A stretch of DNA of 64,000 nucleotides from Phaeosaccion multiseriatum. Lineage: Eukaryota > Protista > Ochrophyta, other classes. Of this stretch, positions 13,424-26,714 are shown one piece after another. Each line of letters begins with the position of its first letter. Position 1 is the first letter of the stretch. The position numbers and the translations under genes were made by a program. Location: assembly GCA_965112735.1 (NCBI GenBank), contig OZ218961.1, forward strand, positions 62,001 to 126,000, written 5' to 3'. The notes under the pieces were generated by a model. The model did not search any database and was not told where the DNA came from. It saw only the letters and a list, made by a program, of their open reading frames with translations.

Positions 13424-16400
13424 CTATCCAATGGCGATGGCGGAGAACATATGGTTGATCCCCTTGCCGCACTCGGGAGCGCTCCTCTTGTGCCGAATGT
13501 GCGCCAAAGTGTTGTTAAAGTAGCCCTCCGCCTGAGGACCACGAGGAGGACAGGGAGGGGGAGGGAAAGGAGAAGGGGAGGAGGAGGAGGAGGAGGAGGA
13601 GGAGGAGGAGGAGGAGGAGGAGGAGGAGGAGGAGGAGGAGGAGGAGGAGGAGGAGGAGGAGGAGGAGGAGGAGGAGGAGCAGGAGGAGGAGGAGGAGGAG
13701 GAGGAAAGGGTCAGGGGTTGAATCAGAGTCAGAAGGGCTGAAGCAAGGTCTAAGTCAGAAGGACAAAGTCAGAGCTGAAGCAAGGTCTAAGTCAGAGGCA
13801 GAGCTCATGATCATGGTGAGGACGTACTCATCTTCCCTCCCCTCCTCCCATCCACTGCCATCCCCGCTCCTCCGTCTCAAGTAAGTACTACTAGGGAAGA
13901 GAGAGGAGTATAAGCGTGCTTCTCAACCTTCGTCGCCTGTACGCCTCCAACTAGACGCACGGCCCTCCCTCTAGCCCATACGCCTCCAACTAGATGCACG
14001 GCCCTCCCTCTAGCCCATACGCCTCCAACTAGACGCACGGCCCTCCCTCTAACACATACGCCTCCAACTAGATGCACGGCCCTCCCTCTAACCCATAAGC
14101 CTCCAACTAGACGCACGGCCCTCCCTCTAACCCATACGCCTCCAACTAGATGCACGGCCCTCCCTCTAACCCATAAGCCTCCAACTAGACGCACGGCCCT
14201 CCCTCTAACCCATACGCCTCCAACTAGATGCACGGCCCTCCCTCTAACCCATAAGCCTCCAACTAGACGCACGGCCCCCCCTCTAACCCATACGCCTCCA
14301 ACTAGATGCACGGCCCTCCCTCTAACCCATACGCCTCCAACTAGACGCACGGCCCTCCCTCTAACCCATACGCCTCCAACTAGATGCACGGCCCTCCCTC
14401 TAACCCATACGCCTCCAACTAGATGCACGGCCCTCCCTCTAACCCATACGCCTCCAACTAGATGCACGGCCCTCCCTCTAACCCATACGCCTCCAACTAG
14501 ATGCACGGCCCTCCCTCTAACCCATACGCCTCCAACTAGACGCACGGCCCTCCCTCTAACCCATACGCCTCCAACTAGATGCACGGCCCTCCCTCTAACC
14601 CATCCGCCACCAGCGAACTAGACCCGCTACCCTCCCTCTCACCTGTGTGCGTGCATCGGAGGGCTCCATGCTCTCAATATGCTCCTTCACGAGCGCCACA
14701 ACACCAGATACGTACCTGTCCGTTATCTTACGGGAGGAGGGATGTAGACAGAGAGAGGGGGAGAGAGGAGGGGGGGGGTGGGGGAGGGGGCGGGGAGAGT
14801 CAGACAGAGAGAGAAAGGGGGGGGGCGAAGAATCCCCTCGTCTGCTGCCATCCCCTCCGCCCATCCACTGCCATCCCCGCCTCTCACCTGGGGGGTCTCT
14901 TGCTCAAAGAAGTACACATATCGGTTGAGGATCTCAGTGAAGAGCTGCACGTGGCTCACGCCGCCACTCACGCACACGTCAGCGATCTTCAGAGAGCGCT
15001 GCAGGCACTCCAGTACTCTCCGACCGTCATGGTAGTCCGTGCCGCCATCTGTGAAGCGAGGGGAGGGGAGGAGGAGGAGGAGGAGGAGGAGGAGGAGGAG
15101 GGTGGGAGAGAAGGAAGGGGTGGGAAGGGAGGGCAGGGGGAGGGGAGGCAAGGGGGGAGGGGAGAGAGGAGAGGAGATGAGGGAAGAGGACAGAGGAGAG
15201 GAGAGAAGAAGGGAGAGGAGAGAAGAGAAGAGAAGGGGAGAGGAGAGAAGAGAAGAGGAGAAGAGAGAAGGGGCGTTGAGAGGAGAGGAATACTGCGTGA
15301 CCCTGACCCACCTGGCCCCTGCCTTGCCCCTGCCCAGAAGAGATGGCTGCAGAGCATCACCATGCGGCACTGATCAGGTCTCTTCACCAGCTTAGCGGCC
15401 AACTGAGAGGGACGGGGGGGGGGAGGGAGGGAGGGAGTTGGTGAGTGAGTGTGTGGGTGAGTGAGTGAGCGCGTAAGTGGCTGTCCCTCCATTCACTGCC
15501 ATCTCCCTCGCTACCTGTGTGGTCTTGGTAATGAGAGCGTCATAGTCAGATGGCTCAAAGTGGCGGCAGGAGAGGAGCGTACCCACCATCTGCTCGATGG
15601 CCGCCACCTGAGCAGGGGGGCAGGATGGCAGTGCATGGAGGAGGAGGAGGAGGAGGAGGAGGAGGAGGAGGAAGAAGAAGTCGTGCGAGAAGGGCTTTCC
15701 CGTGAGTCGCCGTAAAGAAGGGGGGAAGAAATGTTTGCCCCGCGCTCTCCCCGCGGACGGTGCAGGAGCTGAACACAAAACGGTGCTGCTGCCTGTCCTC
15801 GGGTACTGTTCTCCCCCTCCACCTCTACCCTGCCTGCCCATACACTCCATATACCTCTACCAACATCCACTGCCATCCCCCGACCCAACTGACCTGCGCC
15901 TTGCTGTCTGCGATGTCCTCTTCATACACGATGAAGGCCTGTGACACGAACTCATAGGCGATGGCCTTGAAGCCCGCCCCATCCGCCCCCACCGCACACT
16001 GCAGGAAGAGCCTTAGGCTGCCCTCGGGAAAGGCCGGTGCCATGGCAGTCACCACCTCGTGCATGAACTGAAACACCTTGCGGGACGAGTACTGTATCTT
16101 CACAGGAGGCGGCCGGGGGGGAGGGGCTCCAGTTGGTGACACGGCCGGGGCGTTGGCGTTGGCGTTGTCTGGGGTAGCGGTAGGGGTAGGCGGCGGAGGG
16201 GGCGAGGGCTCTTGTTTTGTCTCACCCGCCTCTCCCTCCTCCTCGCGCCGGTTCACTGCCCCCCCCCCCTCTGCCCCGGCCTCTGTCTCCGTTTGGGTGC
16301 CATCCACTGCGCCTGCCTGCCCGGCCTCGGTGCCGGCCCGGGCCTCTCCACTCCCCTCGTCTCCGTCCGCTGCCATCCCCTCTATCCCTTGCTCCTTGTC

Positions 16401-19400
16401 GTCGGCGGCCGGAGCACTCGCATCTTCCCCCGTCACTCCATTCACATCGCCGCTCCCCTCCCCTTCCCCTTCCCCTTCTCCTCCTCCTCCTCCTCTTGTA
16501 TCCCCAACTGGCGTGGGCTGTACCACCACCTTCTCTGGGGCGTTGAGGTTGAGTAAATCCTTCTCCTGGGCCTCTGCCTCAATTCGCTTCTCCACATGTC
16601 GAACCTGCTTGTGCACGTGGGTGCGTGTGCGCCACAAACAAAGGAGGAGGAAACCCACAACAACAACAGGAGCAGGAGCATAAGCAAGGGAGGTGACAAA
16701 ACGTTGAACAAAGGGCGTTAGAAGCTGGTGATAAAAGGTTAAACAAAGGGCGTAAGAAGATAACAAAGGGCGTTAGAAGATGGTGACACCGCAGTCTAGG
16801 CCCTCCCCTCAGCCCGCTGCCAGTTCATGCCCACTTGCTCTTGCTCGGGCATCACACCACCCAACTACAACCCCACCCTCTCTATTTCTTTTCTCTCCTC
16901 TCTACTCTTCACTTCCCCTTCCCCTCTCTCCCCTCCATTGACTGCCATCTCCTCAGCACTCGCCTTCTTGGCAAGCTTCAGCGCGATAAACACAAGCGGT
17001 ACCAGCGTGTACTGCAGCCGCTGCCCCATCACAGACGAAGACCCAGACCCCCCCCCCCCTCCTCCTCCTCCAGCGGTCGCCATCTGCGCGAGACCGATCT
17101 GCTTCCGCGCCACAAGCAAGGTCCGGAAGAAGACGTCCGTGTCCTCGTGGCCAATGAGGTGTATCAGGCGCGCCACAAGCTGATGGTCCTTCCATCGCTC
17201 GTCCTTGGGATGAGAAGGAGCAGCAGCTGCAGCAGCAGCAGCAGAAGAAGAAGAAGAAGAGGAAGAATCGCCATCTGTGACCACCCGGAGGAGGGGCTGA
17301 ATGATGGTGAACAGCTTAAGAAGGCGGTCGGGGCAGTCCAGGGGCTGGCGGGCGGAGAGCACCCCGCGGAGGAGGGAGGCGGACACCTGAGTGAGTGAGT
17401 AGGGAGGGAGGGAGGGAGGGAGGGAGGGAGGGAGGGAAGAGGAGGGTGGAGGGGGGGTCACGTTACGTCCGAAGACGGAAGGAGAGCACAGCACAGCACA
17501 GCACAGCAGTTGGTGATATAGGCTTGTGCAGCAGGCAAATAAAGGGGAGGGAAAGGAGGCACCTTCCAGTACCTCCCTCCCCTCCCTCCCCGCCCTCCCT
17601 CTCCTCGTCTCTCCCCTCTCTCCCCTCCCCTTCCCTCCCTCCTCACCTGACACTGGTGCACATGCGGCAGGAAGTCCATGAGAGGAGCGAAGTACCGCAG
17701 CTCGAGCACTCTCAGGCCCAGGGAACGCACAGGAAGGCTCAGCAGCTCCGACACCGCACACACACACGTCTCGGGGAGCGGTCTACCGGCTGGCGACGAC
17801 GACTGCGCCGTACCACCACCATGTGCACCACCAAGGGCGGAGGAGGAGGAGGAGGACGAGGACGAGGCCCCGCTGGTGTAGCCCTTGGCCGCGATGGCCT
17901 GCGCGCAGACGCCGATGCAGTGGTCCACATAGTCCAAGCGAGACGGGTACACGCTGTTACAGAAGCGCACGAGGGCAACTTCCATGTGCACGACTTCGGA
18001 GAGGGGCAGGTGCTCCCTCTCCTGGATGAGCTTGGCCAGGCACTCGTTGAAGGCCTGGTAGGCGTGGGTGAAGGCGCTGTTGCTGCTGTCAGAGAAGGGC
18101 TGCTGCTTCTCTTGTCCTGCTGCTGCTGCCGTATCACCAACTGTTGTATCACCAACTGCCCCCCCCCCCTGGCTCTCTGCGTATGCGCTGAGCCGCTGAA
18201 TAAGACTCTCTAAGATGGGCCTCACGCGGACCTTCTCCTTGAGCTTGCTCACCCCCTCCAGCAAGAGGTCCAGCGTAGCCAAGTGGAAGTCGTCGGGGAA
18301 CACCTGGAGTCAGGACAGAGAGTGTCAGGACAGGACATGGGTGTCAGGACAGGACAGAGAGTGTCAGGACAGAACAGGGGTGCCAGGAGAGTGACGGAGA
18401 AGACAGAGAGTGTCACAGACAGAACAGGGCGTCAGGAGACAAAGAAATGACCGGAAAGCACGTGACGTAACCGTAAAACGTCACGGAACTACCCCCCCCC
18501 CCCCCATCCGCTGCCATCCCCACATGTACCCATATACCTGTATGACGCAGTCCATGAGGTAGCTCTGCGCGATAGTGTCCTTGCAGGCCTCCACCTGGTG
18601 TCAGGACAGGGGGCGTCAGGACAGGGGGTGTCAGGACAGGGATGTCAGGGTGTCAGGACAGGGATGTCGGGACAGGGGGTGTCAGGACAGAAACATACCT
18701 GGCTGAGCACTCTGGGGAGGATCTTGGCCTTGTAGTGGGCAACCTCCACACCCTCCAGCCCCGACAGACGCACGAGGTTGGTGCCGACAAGCAGCCGCAG
18801 CTCCTGGTAGGGTTAGGGGGGGGGGGTATAGGGTATGTGGTAGAGTATGGTAGGGTGGAGTAGGGTCAGGGGGGGTATCCAGGGGAGGAAGGGCTGTTTG
18901 TTAGGGGTATAACGGTCACGTCATGCTGCACAAGAGCGGCACGTAATGTTACGTAAGAGGTCACGCGGAGGCCTCTGGAGGCCTACGATGAGGCACAGCC
19001 GATATAACCCAGAGCCGCACACCACCACCACTCGGCTGAGCTCAAGTTAGTGAGCAAGTTGCATTGTGTTTTGATGCCTGGCCTCCCCTCGCTCAACCTT
19101 GCAAGGAAAACAGAATGCAGGCACACCTAGCAAGCAAGCAAGCAGGCAACAAGACTACCCAGCAATCCACCACACCCCACCTACCCACCCACATACCCAC
19201 CCACACACCCACCCACATACCCAACCCACATACCCACCCACATACCCACCCACACACCCACCCACACACCCGCCCACATACCCACCCACATACCCACCCA
19301 CATACCCACCCACACACACACCCACATACCCACCCACCTTGCGCTCCCGCTCCTTCCTCTTTCTGTCTTTGGTGGCCCCTCCGTGCTGATGCATGCGCAC

Positions 19401-21414
19401 CCACAACCGGTTGCTCTCAGTGAAGTTGTCAAGCACAAAGTTGATGCTGTCAAGCACACTGCCGCTGCCCGCCCCTCCGCCTCCCGCTGTATCCCCGACC
19501 GGAGACCCCTGTCCTTCTGTATCACCAACTGGTGCAGGGCCGTCCGGTAGTTTGTCTCTGGTGACGTGGGACAGGTAGTGGCGGAGAAAGAGACCTCTCA
19601 GCGGCTGCTGCACCCCCTGCCAGAGAGAGAAAGGGGGGGAGATGGAGGGAGGGAGGGAGGGAGGGAGGAAGGGAGGGAGAGAGAGATCAGGGAGAGAGTG
19701 TCGATGCTTACACTAGCGGCAAGACTCGACAAAGAAAAGAGTGGCTGCTCTCCACCCCCACTTTGTACTTTGTGGCCATCTTCAGAGTGAAAGTAGAGCG
19801 AGTCGAAACAAAGTCGATGCCCCCTCCCCCCCTCCCCTACCTTGGCCATCTCCAGCAGGTCCTTGAGCACGTCTATGGCGGGGGCCTCTCCGGACTTGAT
19901 GTAGCAGCTGCCCACCTGGGTAGGGTAGGGTAGGGGAAATACGTAAGGGGCATACGTAAGGTGTGTAGACAGATGGGACAGAGACATGTAGGAAAGACAG
20001 ACAGATTTGAGACAGAGAGATAGACAACGGGGTAGACAGGCAGACAGGCAGACAGGCCGTCTACGACCGACAGACAGGCAGGTAGGTCGATAGAGAGTTC
20101 TGTACCGAGCCATAGACAGATGAATGAATGGATAGACTGATGGACAGATGGATGGACAGATAGAGGACAGAGTTATGGGTAAACAGATCGATAGACGAGC
20201 AGATAGACAGATCGATGGGTATACATATATATAAGGGTGGAGCTACTTACCGTCATGAGCAGATACAGCCTCGGCAGTACGGCGCTCCCCGCCTGCACCC
20301 TCTCGTAGAGCTGCACCATAGGGGTGCCCTGTCGGTTGAGCAGCAGCAGGAACTCCTCCAGGTGCAGCAGCTCATCGAGGATCTGACCAAGTTCGTGTGT
20401 GTGTGTGCGTGTATGTGTGCGTGTGTGTGGGCGTCCGTGGGTGTGCGTGGGTATGTGTGTGTGTGTGCACCAGAGACAGAGAACCTGGGTGATGAGCTCT
20501 TTCACGGTCCCCAATGCGATTGCAATGCCCTGAGCTGCCATCCGCCCTCCGCTTGCCCTTATATCTACCCGTCATGGCACGACAAGAGGCACAACTGAAC
20601 CTTGCCCTACGCCACGCCACGCGCAGCTTCTCGCAGCCCCTCTCCGCTGGCCGGTACTGCTGCCGTACTGCTGCCGTACTGCTTCCCCCCATCGTAACGC
20701 TTCCTCGCTGCTGCTGACTTGTAGCTTGATGTCTGAGCTCGAAGCCGGAGCGGTCGTGTGCGAACCAGCAGCCTACCCCCATGGTCCTCCCTCTTCCCTC
20801 CTCCCTCCCTCCCTCCCTCTCTCCTCACCTTCATGTAGAGCTGGTAATAGTTCTTGGGGGCCAGGCGGGCGGTCTTGAGCTCGGACAGCATGTCCCCGGC
20901 GTGCTTCAGCGCAGCCTCGACGTCGGTGTGGTCCTATTTAGTGGGGGCACACACACACAGAGAGAGAGAGTTTGTGTGTAGGTGAGATAGTGATGGAGAG
21001 AGAGAGAGGAGAGAGAAGGGTGGGGGAGGTGTGCATGCCCCGCTGCTTCGAAAGGAAGGTAGTGCGCCAGGGAGGGTCTCATCCTTCCCCTGCTGATCCG
21101 AAGCAAGGAACTCAGCCTGCACTTCAAGACCCCAATCTGCTCAACCGCGCTTCCCTTCCCTCCTCCTCCTCCTCCTCCTCCTCCTCCTCCTCCTCCTCCT
21201 CCTCCTCCTCCTCCTCCTCCTCCTCCTCCTCCTCCTCCTCCTCCTCCTCCTCCTCCTCCTCCTCCTCCCCCTCCCTCCTCGTCCTCTCCCTTCTTCCTCA
21301 CCCTTCACCACTCACCATGCCTCTCTTCATATAAAACGCGTGCTCCACGACCTTCTTGGAGGCCTCTTGCAGGAGCAGCGCCTGCTGTTGGTCCTCCTCA
21401 GTCACCACCACCAT
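13424..21414 (-). CDS. VPS35: Vacuolar protein sorting-associated protein 35 (retromer subunit), multi-exon
   Basis: Exons give [10 protein letters not shown]...[36 protein letters not shown] (PRLYL motif), [35 protein letters not shown]...[32 protein letters not shown], and a last exon 13531-13424 [13 protein letters not shown]...IG*. Confidence 0.96.
13940..14603 (+). repeat. 39-bp minisatellite (TACGCCTCCAACTAGAYGCACGGCCCTCCCTCTAACCCA), ~17 copies, in the last VPS35 intron
   Basis: Direct reading; explains the 13-aa periodic ORF 13877-14584. Confidence 0.95.
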
Positions 21415-21828
21415 GATGCCCTGCTTCCTCCCTCCAATCTCTTCCCCGCTCTTCTTCGACCTCCTCTCCACGCCCCCCTCCTCCTCCTCCGGCGTCGCCC
21501 TTCTCTCAGCAGCCCACGACGGCAGTCACAGCGAGCGCTTCGTTCCCTCCTCACTCCCTCCGCGCTGCCATTGGCTCCTTTACCTCTCTCACGGGCTCAC
21601 ACTCAAAACTGGGAAGAGGGGCACAACAACAACAACAACAGCCTCCAAAAGTAGAGCATAGCGAAACAAAAGTAGACACCAGTTTCAGTTTCAGCTCTCG
21701 ATTTTCTGAAAAGGTGATGTGTCCAAAATATCGAGAAATATCCTTGGGCTCCAAGACTTCATCTCACAACACAATTCACGCACTCTTATCCATCTTTCTA
21801 TATATCCCTCCCAACCCATCCTTCTATC
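21415..21828. promoter_or_regulatory. Short divergent intergenic region between VPS35 and the Lhc gene, with a TATA-like TATATA ~30 bp upstream of the Lhc ATG
   Basis: Head-to-head ATGs about 415 bp apart; AT-rich tract 21660-21810. Confidence 0.45.
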
Positions 21829-23564
21829 ATGCCTGCCATCAAGTGCCTCGCTGTTGCCGCCCTGGCCGCCTCGGCCTCGGCCTTCGTGCCCACGGCGCCC
21901 CTCCTGGCCAGCAAGCTCTCCACCCAGAGCCGCACCAGCAGCCGCGCAAGCAGCACCAACCAGGTGAGAGAGGCGATGGGTGGTTCTCGAGAAGCGGTTT
22001 TCATGCGTGCTTACTGTGTGTCGCAAACGAAGGAGTGAAGGAGTAAAGGGTAGGGACGGGCGTGCAAGAGCGAAGCCTTTACGAATGCAGCCAGCAAGCT
22101 TCGCGGCAGCACTTCGGCGGGGATGAATGGTGGCGGGGGGAGTCCCTCTTGCGGCTCGATGGTCCTGCTCAGAGTTGTGATGGATGCAACATGCTTTTTC
22201 TACTCTCCCTTCCTACTTTCTCTTCTCGGCTACAACTATCACCACACCACCCCTTCCCAAGAACATGCCTTGTCTTCAGTCTACACGCGAGGATGCATTG
22301 GCGAGAGGGGAGTCTATCCCTGCTCTTCTCTCCTTGATGGAGGCAACACACACTCCTCCATTTTCCCTCCACCACCACCTCTCTCTCCTTTCCATTAAAC
22401 CGCTCCTCTTCTGCGCTGAAACCGTCCACAATGCACACCACATCACCCCTACACCAGCGCGATGATGTATGGATTGCCGATTGCCTTCTTAGGTTGTGAA
22501 GCAACACACTCCCTCTCCTCCTCCACACCGCCATCCCCCGTCTACTTTTCGCGCTCTTTTGTCTCTTCTCCTGCCGGCCGGCATTCCTCCCCAAGCACCA
22601 TTCTAACCGACCTTCTCTCCCTGTCCTCTCCCTGCCTGGCTCTACGCGTGCCTTAACAGGTGGTGATGATGGCTGAGAAGTCGCAGTCTCTGCCTTTCAT
22701 GGAGCAGCCCCCCAACCTCGACGGCTCCATGGCGGGTGACGTCGGCTTCGACCCCGTCGGTGAGTCTCTCGCTCTCTGTGTCTGTACCTCGCTCCCCTTT
22801 CTCTCTCCCTCGTGACTGCTGTTTGTGGCCTGTTAATGTCACACCTTCCGAGTTCTCGCAAGACTCACTCAATGTCCGCAATGTGTGCCGATCATGCCCC
22901 CTCTTGTGACCCGCAGGCTTCTCCAACTGGATCAACATCAAGTGGCTCAGGGAGGCCGAGATCAAGCACGGTGAGTCTTCGTGGCTGTGGTGTGCCTGAA
23001 AAGCTGTACTTGTCGGAGTGTGTACGTGCAGACAGCAAGCCCTTACACTTCCACCACTTGTCTCCCCCTCTCTCCTCTCCGTCCAGGACGTATCTCCATG
23101 CTTGCCGTTGTGGGCTACATCGTCACCGACCTGGGCTACCACCTGCCCGGCGACATGCACGCCGTCGGCTCCCTTGAGGCCCACGACGCCGCCGTCAAGT
23201 TCGGAGGCATGTCTCAGCTGCTCATCTGGCTGTCCATCGTCGAGACCATCTCCGCTGTCGCCACCTTCCAAATGGTGTTCGAGGTACGCGTGCTTCTCAC
23301 TCGCTCATGCCCCTACTCGTGTCACTTGTTTGACTTACTCACTCACCACTCACCTCTCTCCGGCTTCTGTCCCGATGGTAGGACTCCCCCCGTGCCCCCG
23401 GAGACTTCTGCTTCGACCCCATGGGATTCTCCAAGAAGAGCGAGGCCGTGGCCGCCAAGTACGCCAAGAACGAGATCAAGAACGGCCGACTGGCCATGCT
23501 CGCCATCAGCGGCATCCTGACGCAGGCCGCCCTCACCGGCAAGGCATTCCCTTACATGTCTTAA
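21829..23564 (+). CDS. Light-harvesting complex protein, red-lineage Lhcr-like, with bipartite plastid targeting; 5 exons (21829-21963, 22660-22759, 22917-22970, 23087-23283, 23382-23564)
   Basis: [21 protein letters not shown]; [30 protein letters not shown]; [16 protein letters not shown]; [10 protein letters not shown]; [12 protein letters not shown]. All introns are GT-AG with consistent phase. Confidence 0.96.
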
Positions 23565-23657
23565 ATAGAGAGGTAGATAGACAGAGCGATTTTGTGCGGT
23601 GACGGGAGAGGGGGCGGCGGATAGAGTGCCGCTTACATCCCTTTTTACAACGACCGT

Positions 23658-23702
<45 letters not shown>

Positions 23703-24844
23703 ACACACTGAGGTCAGTCAGAGACTGATCAATTTTTACTCTACAGAGAGTCTAAAGGGCGCCGGGACTTGCTCGGCTAACCCTCACCTGTGAATATATC
23801 ATATTATCATAAACAGTTTTCAGATTTCCCAAAAGACTACTGCTCTTTCTCTGTCATCATGCTTGGCACCAAAGCTCACTCATGCTTCAAAGCTCACTCA
23901 CCCACATACTTTATCCCTCCATGCTAAGCAATTAACGTTGGATGTGTGTGTGCACGTGAGGTAGGATACACGAGCAGCAACCGCAGAAGTGCGGACGGAG
24001 AATGATTCAGAGGTTCCGTGGTGCAAGTCGAGTATTCTCTTTTCTCTCTCCAACACTAGCCCGAAGAAACACTAAAACTTTCTCCAACGCTGTTAGACTT
24101 ATGGCAACCTTCCTGGATATAGAGTACGCGTGCTTGGCCTCCCTTCGACTGCCATCCGCGCTCGCGGGTCATGAGAGGCTCCTCTGCCATCTATACAAAG
24201 ACTTGCGTCAGAGGCAACGAACCGATCCCCGGAGGGATGTTTTATATAGTGAGTGTGTTAGAGTGCATTGTCTGACGTCCTACGTAAGACCCAGTCTCCT
24301 CCTCCCCCTCCTCCTCCTCCTCCTCCTCCTCCTCCTCCTCCTCCTCCTCCTCCTCCTCCTCCTCCCCCTCCTCCTCCTCATCCTCCCCCTCCTCCTCCTC
24401 CTCCTCCTCCTCCTCATCCTCCTCCCTCGTGCGACTCCCAACCGCGCACCACAGTCGCGATGTGCAGTGTGCATTGAACGAGCGGAGTATCGTAGGCACC
24501 CCATTCACCAGCCCCCCCGGGTAGCTGGCTCAGGTTTCTGCTACAGCTGCGGTATGCCTCGCAGCTCATCTCTCCTCCTCCTCCTCCGCGCCCTCCCCTC
24601 TGCCCTTCACCCATGCTGTGTATCACCAACTGCTGGTGGTGCTGAATTCACTTAGTCAGGGTAGTGGGATACAGATAGACGGCTCTCTGTTTGCCCTCTC
24701 TGCTCCTCGATATCGATGCCACTTGTCAAATGTCGAGGTGGCCGATACGTGGTGTCGAGCGAGTATCGAGTATCGAGTATCGAGTGTCGAGTGTCGAGTG
24801 TCGAGGCGAGCGAAAGACACACACTGTACTTTTCCTACCATTGA

Positions 24845-25714
24845 TTAGGGGTCTAATAAACTGTAACTGAACTGTACCCACCTGAGGGCCGTCCACTCTC
24901 TGAAGAAGGCCCACAGCCCCAGTCGGAGCCCGTTCACAGGGGTGGCCTGGGGGACACAGAGACAGGCAGGCATATGGGCAGCAGGAGAGGCAGTTCGTAC
25001 GTAGTGTTACGTAACATTTACAGCTCCCAGTCAGGGTAGGGGGCTGAGGGATGAGGCACCCCCTGTGGGATTGCAGGGGAGTGCAGTTACAAGGTCGGTC
25101 CTGCCTTGCCCCCCCCCCTCCCCTCGTATGCCTCCATCTGCCGCTCTGGACGTGATGCCCGACCGGACCAATGAGAACCACCCATACGCCTCCACCCGCC
25201 CCCTGTTTGTCTCCATCCCCTGCCGCCCATATGCCTCCACCCACCCTCCATATGCCTCCACCCGCCCCCTATCTGTCTCCATCCCCTGCCGCCGATATGC
25301 CCGCCGATATGCCTCCACCCACTCGCCTTCTGAAAGGCCCTGCTGGCGTCGGGTGCCTTGTTTCCGTAGCCGTACTCCTGCCCAGACGCCTGCCCCTCGA
25401 AGGTGGCCGAGGAGGAGGAGAGGGACCCCGTCTCCAGCTGGGAGAGCGTCTGGGCAAGCTTACGACCCACTGCGTGGGGGAGGATGGCCGTGGATGGGAG
25501 ACAGGCGGAAGGATGGCAATGGATGAGAGGGGGGCATGGATGGCAGTGGACGGGCGTGGGTGGGAGGGATGCTATATGCAGAGAACAGAGACGAACAGTG
25601 CAAATGCTCACAGGGCTGACCTCTCGCCGCCCCCCCCCCTGGGAGAGAGAGCGTGGCGGCTGCTTCAGTTCGCAAGTACACGCACCCATACGCACACACG
25701 GATAATAGGACACA

Positions 25715-25780
<66 letters not shown>

Positions 25781-26714
25781 AACCCCACCCACACGTACAC
25801 ACACACACGCGCACGCACCTGAGGCTCCCATGACGGCCTTGACGGGCAGGCCGATGGAGGGGCTCGAACCCACGAGGTCGGAGAGCTTCCCCCCGCCCCA
25901 CGACACCGTCCGAACTGACGCACTGAGGGCCCTGGCTGTGGCGGAGCGGCCGCCCTGCGTACTTCCCGCCAAGAAGCTTGCCTCCCCGACGAAGTCACCA
26001 GAGTGGAGAGAGTTGACAATCTTGCCCTTCACCTCCAACTGGGCATCTCCTTCGAGCACGAGGTGCACGCGCTTGCCGCTGCCCGCCTCCCCCCCCTCTT
26101 CGGCGATGATGAGGTCCCCCTGTCCGAAGTCACGCACCGCTCCCGCCTCGAGCAGTGCCGCCCACGCCTCTGAGCTCATACCATCGGCCTAGGGGGACAG
26201 CAGCCGCACGAGCACAACAAGGGGAGCAACAAGGCGAGACGCAGAGAGCCTTTCGTCAGTATAGAGAGAGGAGGGCATCAAAGTCAAGCGGGTCCTGCCT
26301 GCAAGGCGACAAGGCTCGAACGACAGCTACACCAGCGGTGAAGAGCACCCCGCAGCGTACACAGCATACCCGTAGCTGTTTGAAGCTCTCGCTGCTGTCG
26401 AGGGCATAGCGGCTCGGCAGAGAGGAAGGGGCTGGTGTTGTTGCAGGTGCTGCTACGGAGGAGGCTACCATCTGCATCCGCCCTGCTGCGCCCCGAGAAG
26501 GCCTCACGATGCTCGCAGGCCTCATCCGCTTCCTCCCACTGATGCTGCTGCTGCTGCTGCTGCTGCTTCCCCAGCTTAGCGACGAGCAGGGCCTTGCTGC
26601 CGAGCCGGGATGTGTCGCAGGGTCCAGGCACATCGGCGGGCTGGCTTGGAAAGCCGTAACATGGCACGCTGCTGCTGCCGCACCAACCACCGCCAGTATG
26701 CAAGAAGGGCCCAT
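24845..26714 (-). CDS. Signal-peptide-bearing (probably plastid-targeted) single cNMP-binding, Popeye-like domain protein; ~4 exons
   Basis: Exon 1 26714-26370 MGPSCILAVVGAAAAACHVTAF. Exon 2 from 26188: VRDFGQGDLIIAEE...VHLVLEGDAQLEVKGKIVNSLHSGDFVGEASFL...RSATARA. Exon 3 VGRKLAQTL... ends at an AAG|GCGAGT donor. 3' end uncertain. Confidence 0.7.

Noticed and set aside
13877-14584. 39-bp array as a CRISPR array or a 235-aa repeat protein
   Set aside because: No unique spacers or cas genes; it lies in a VPS35 intron of a eukaryote.
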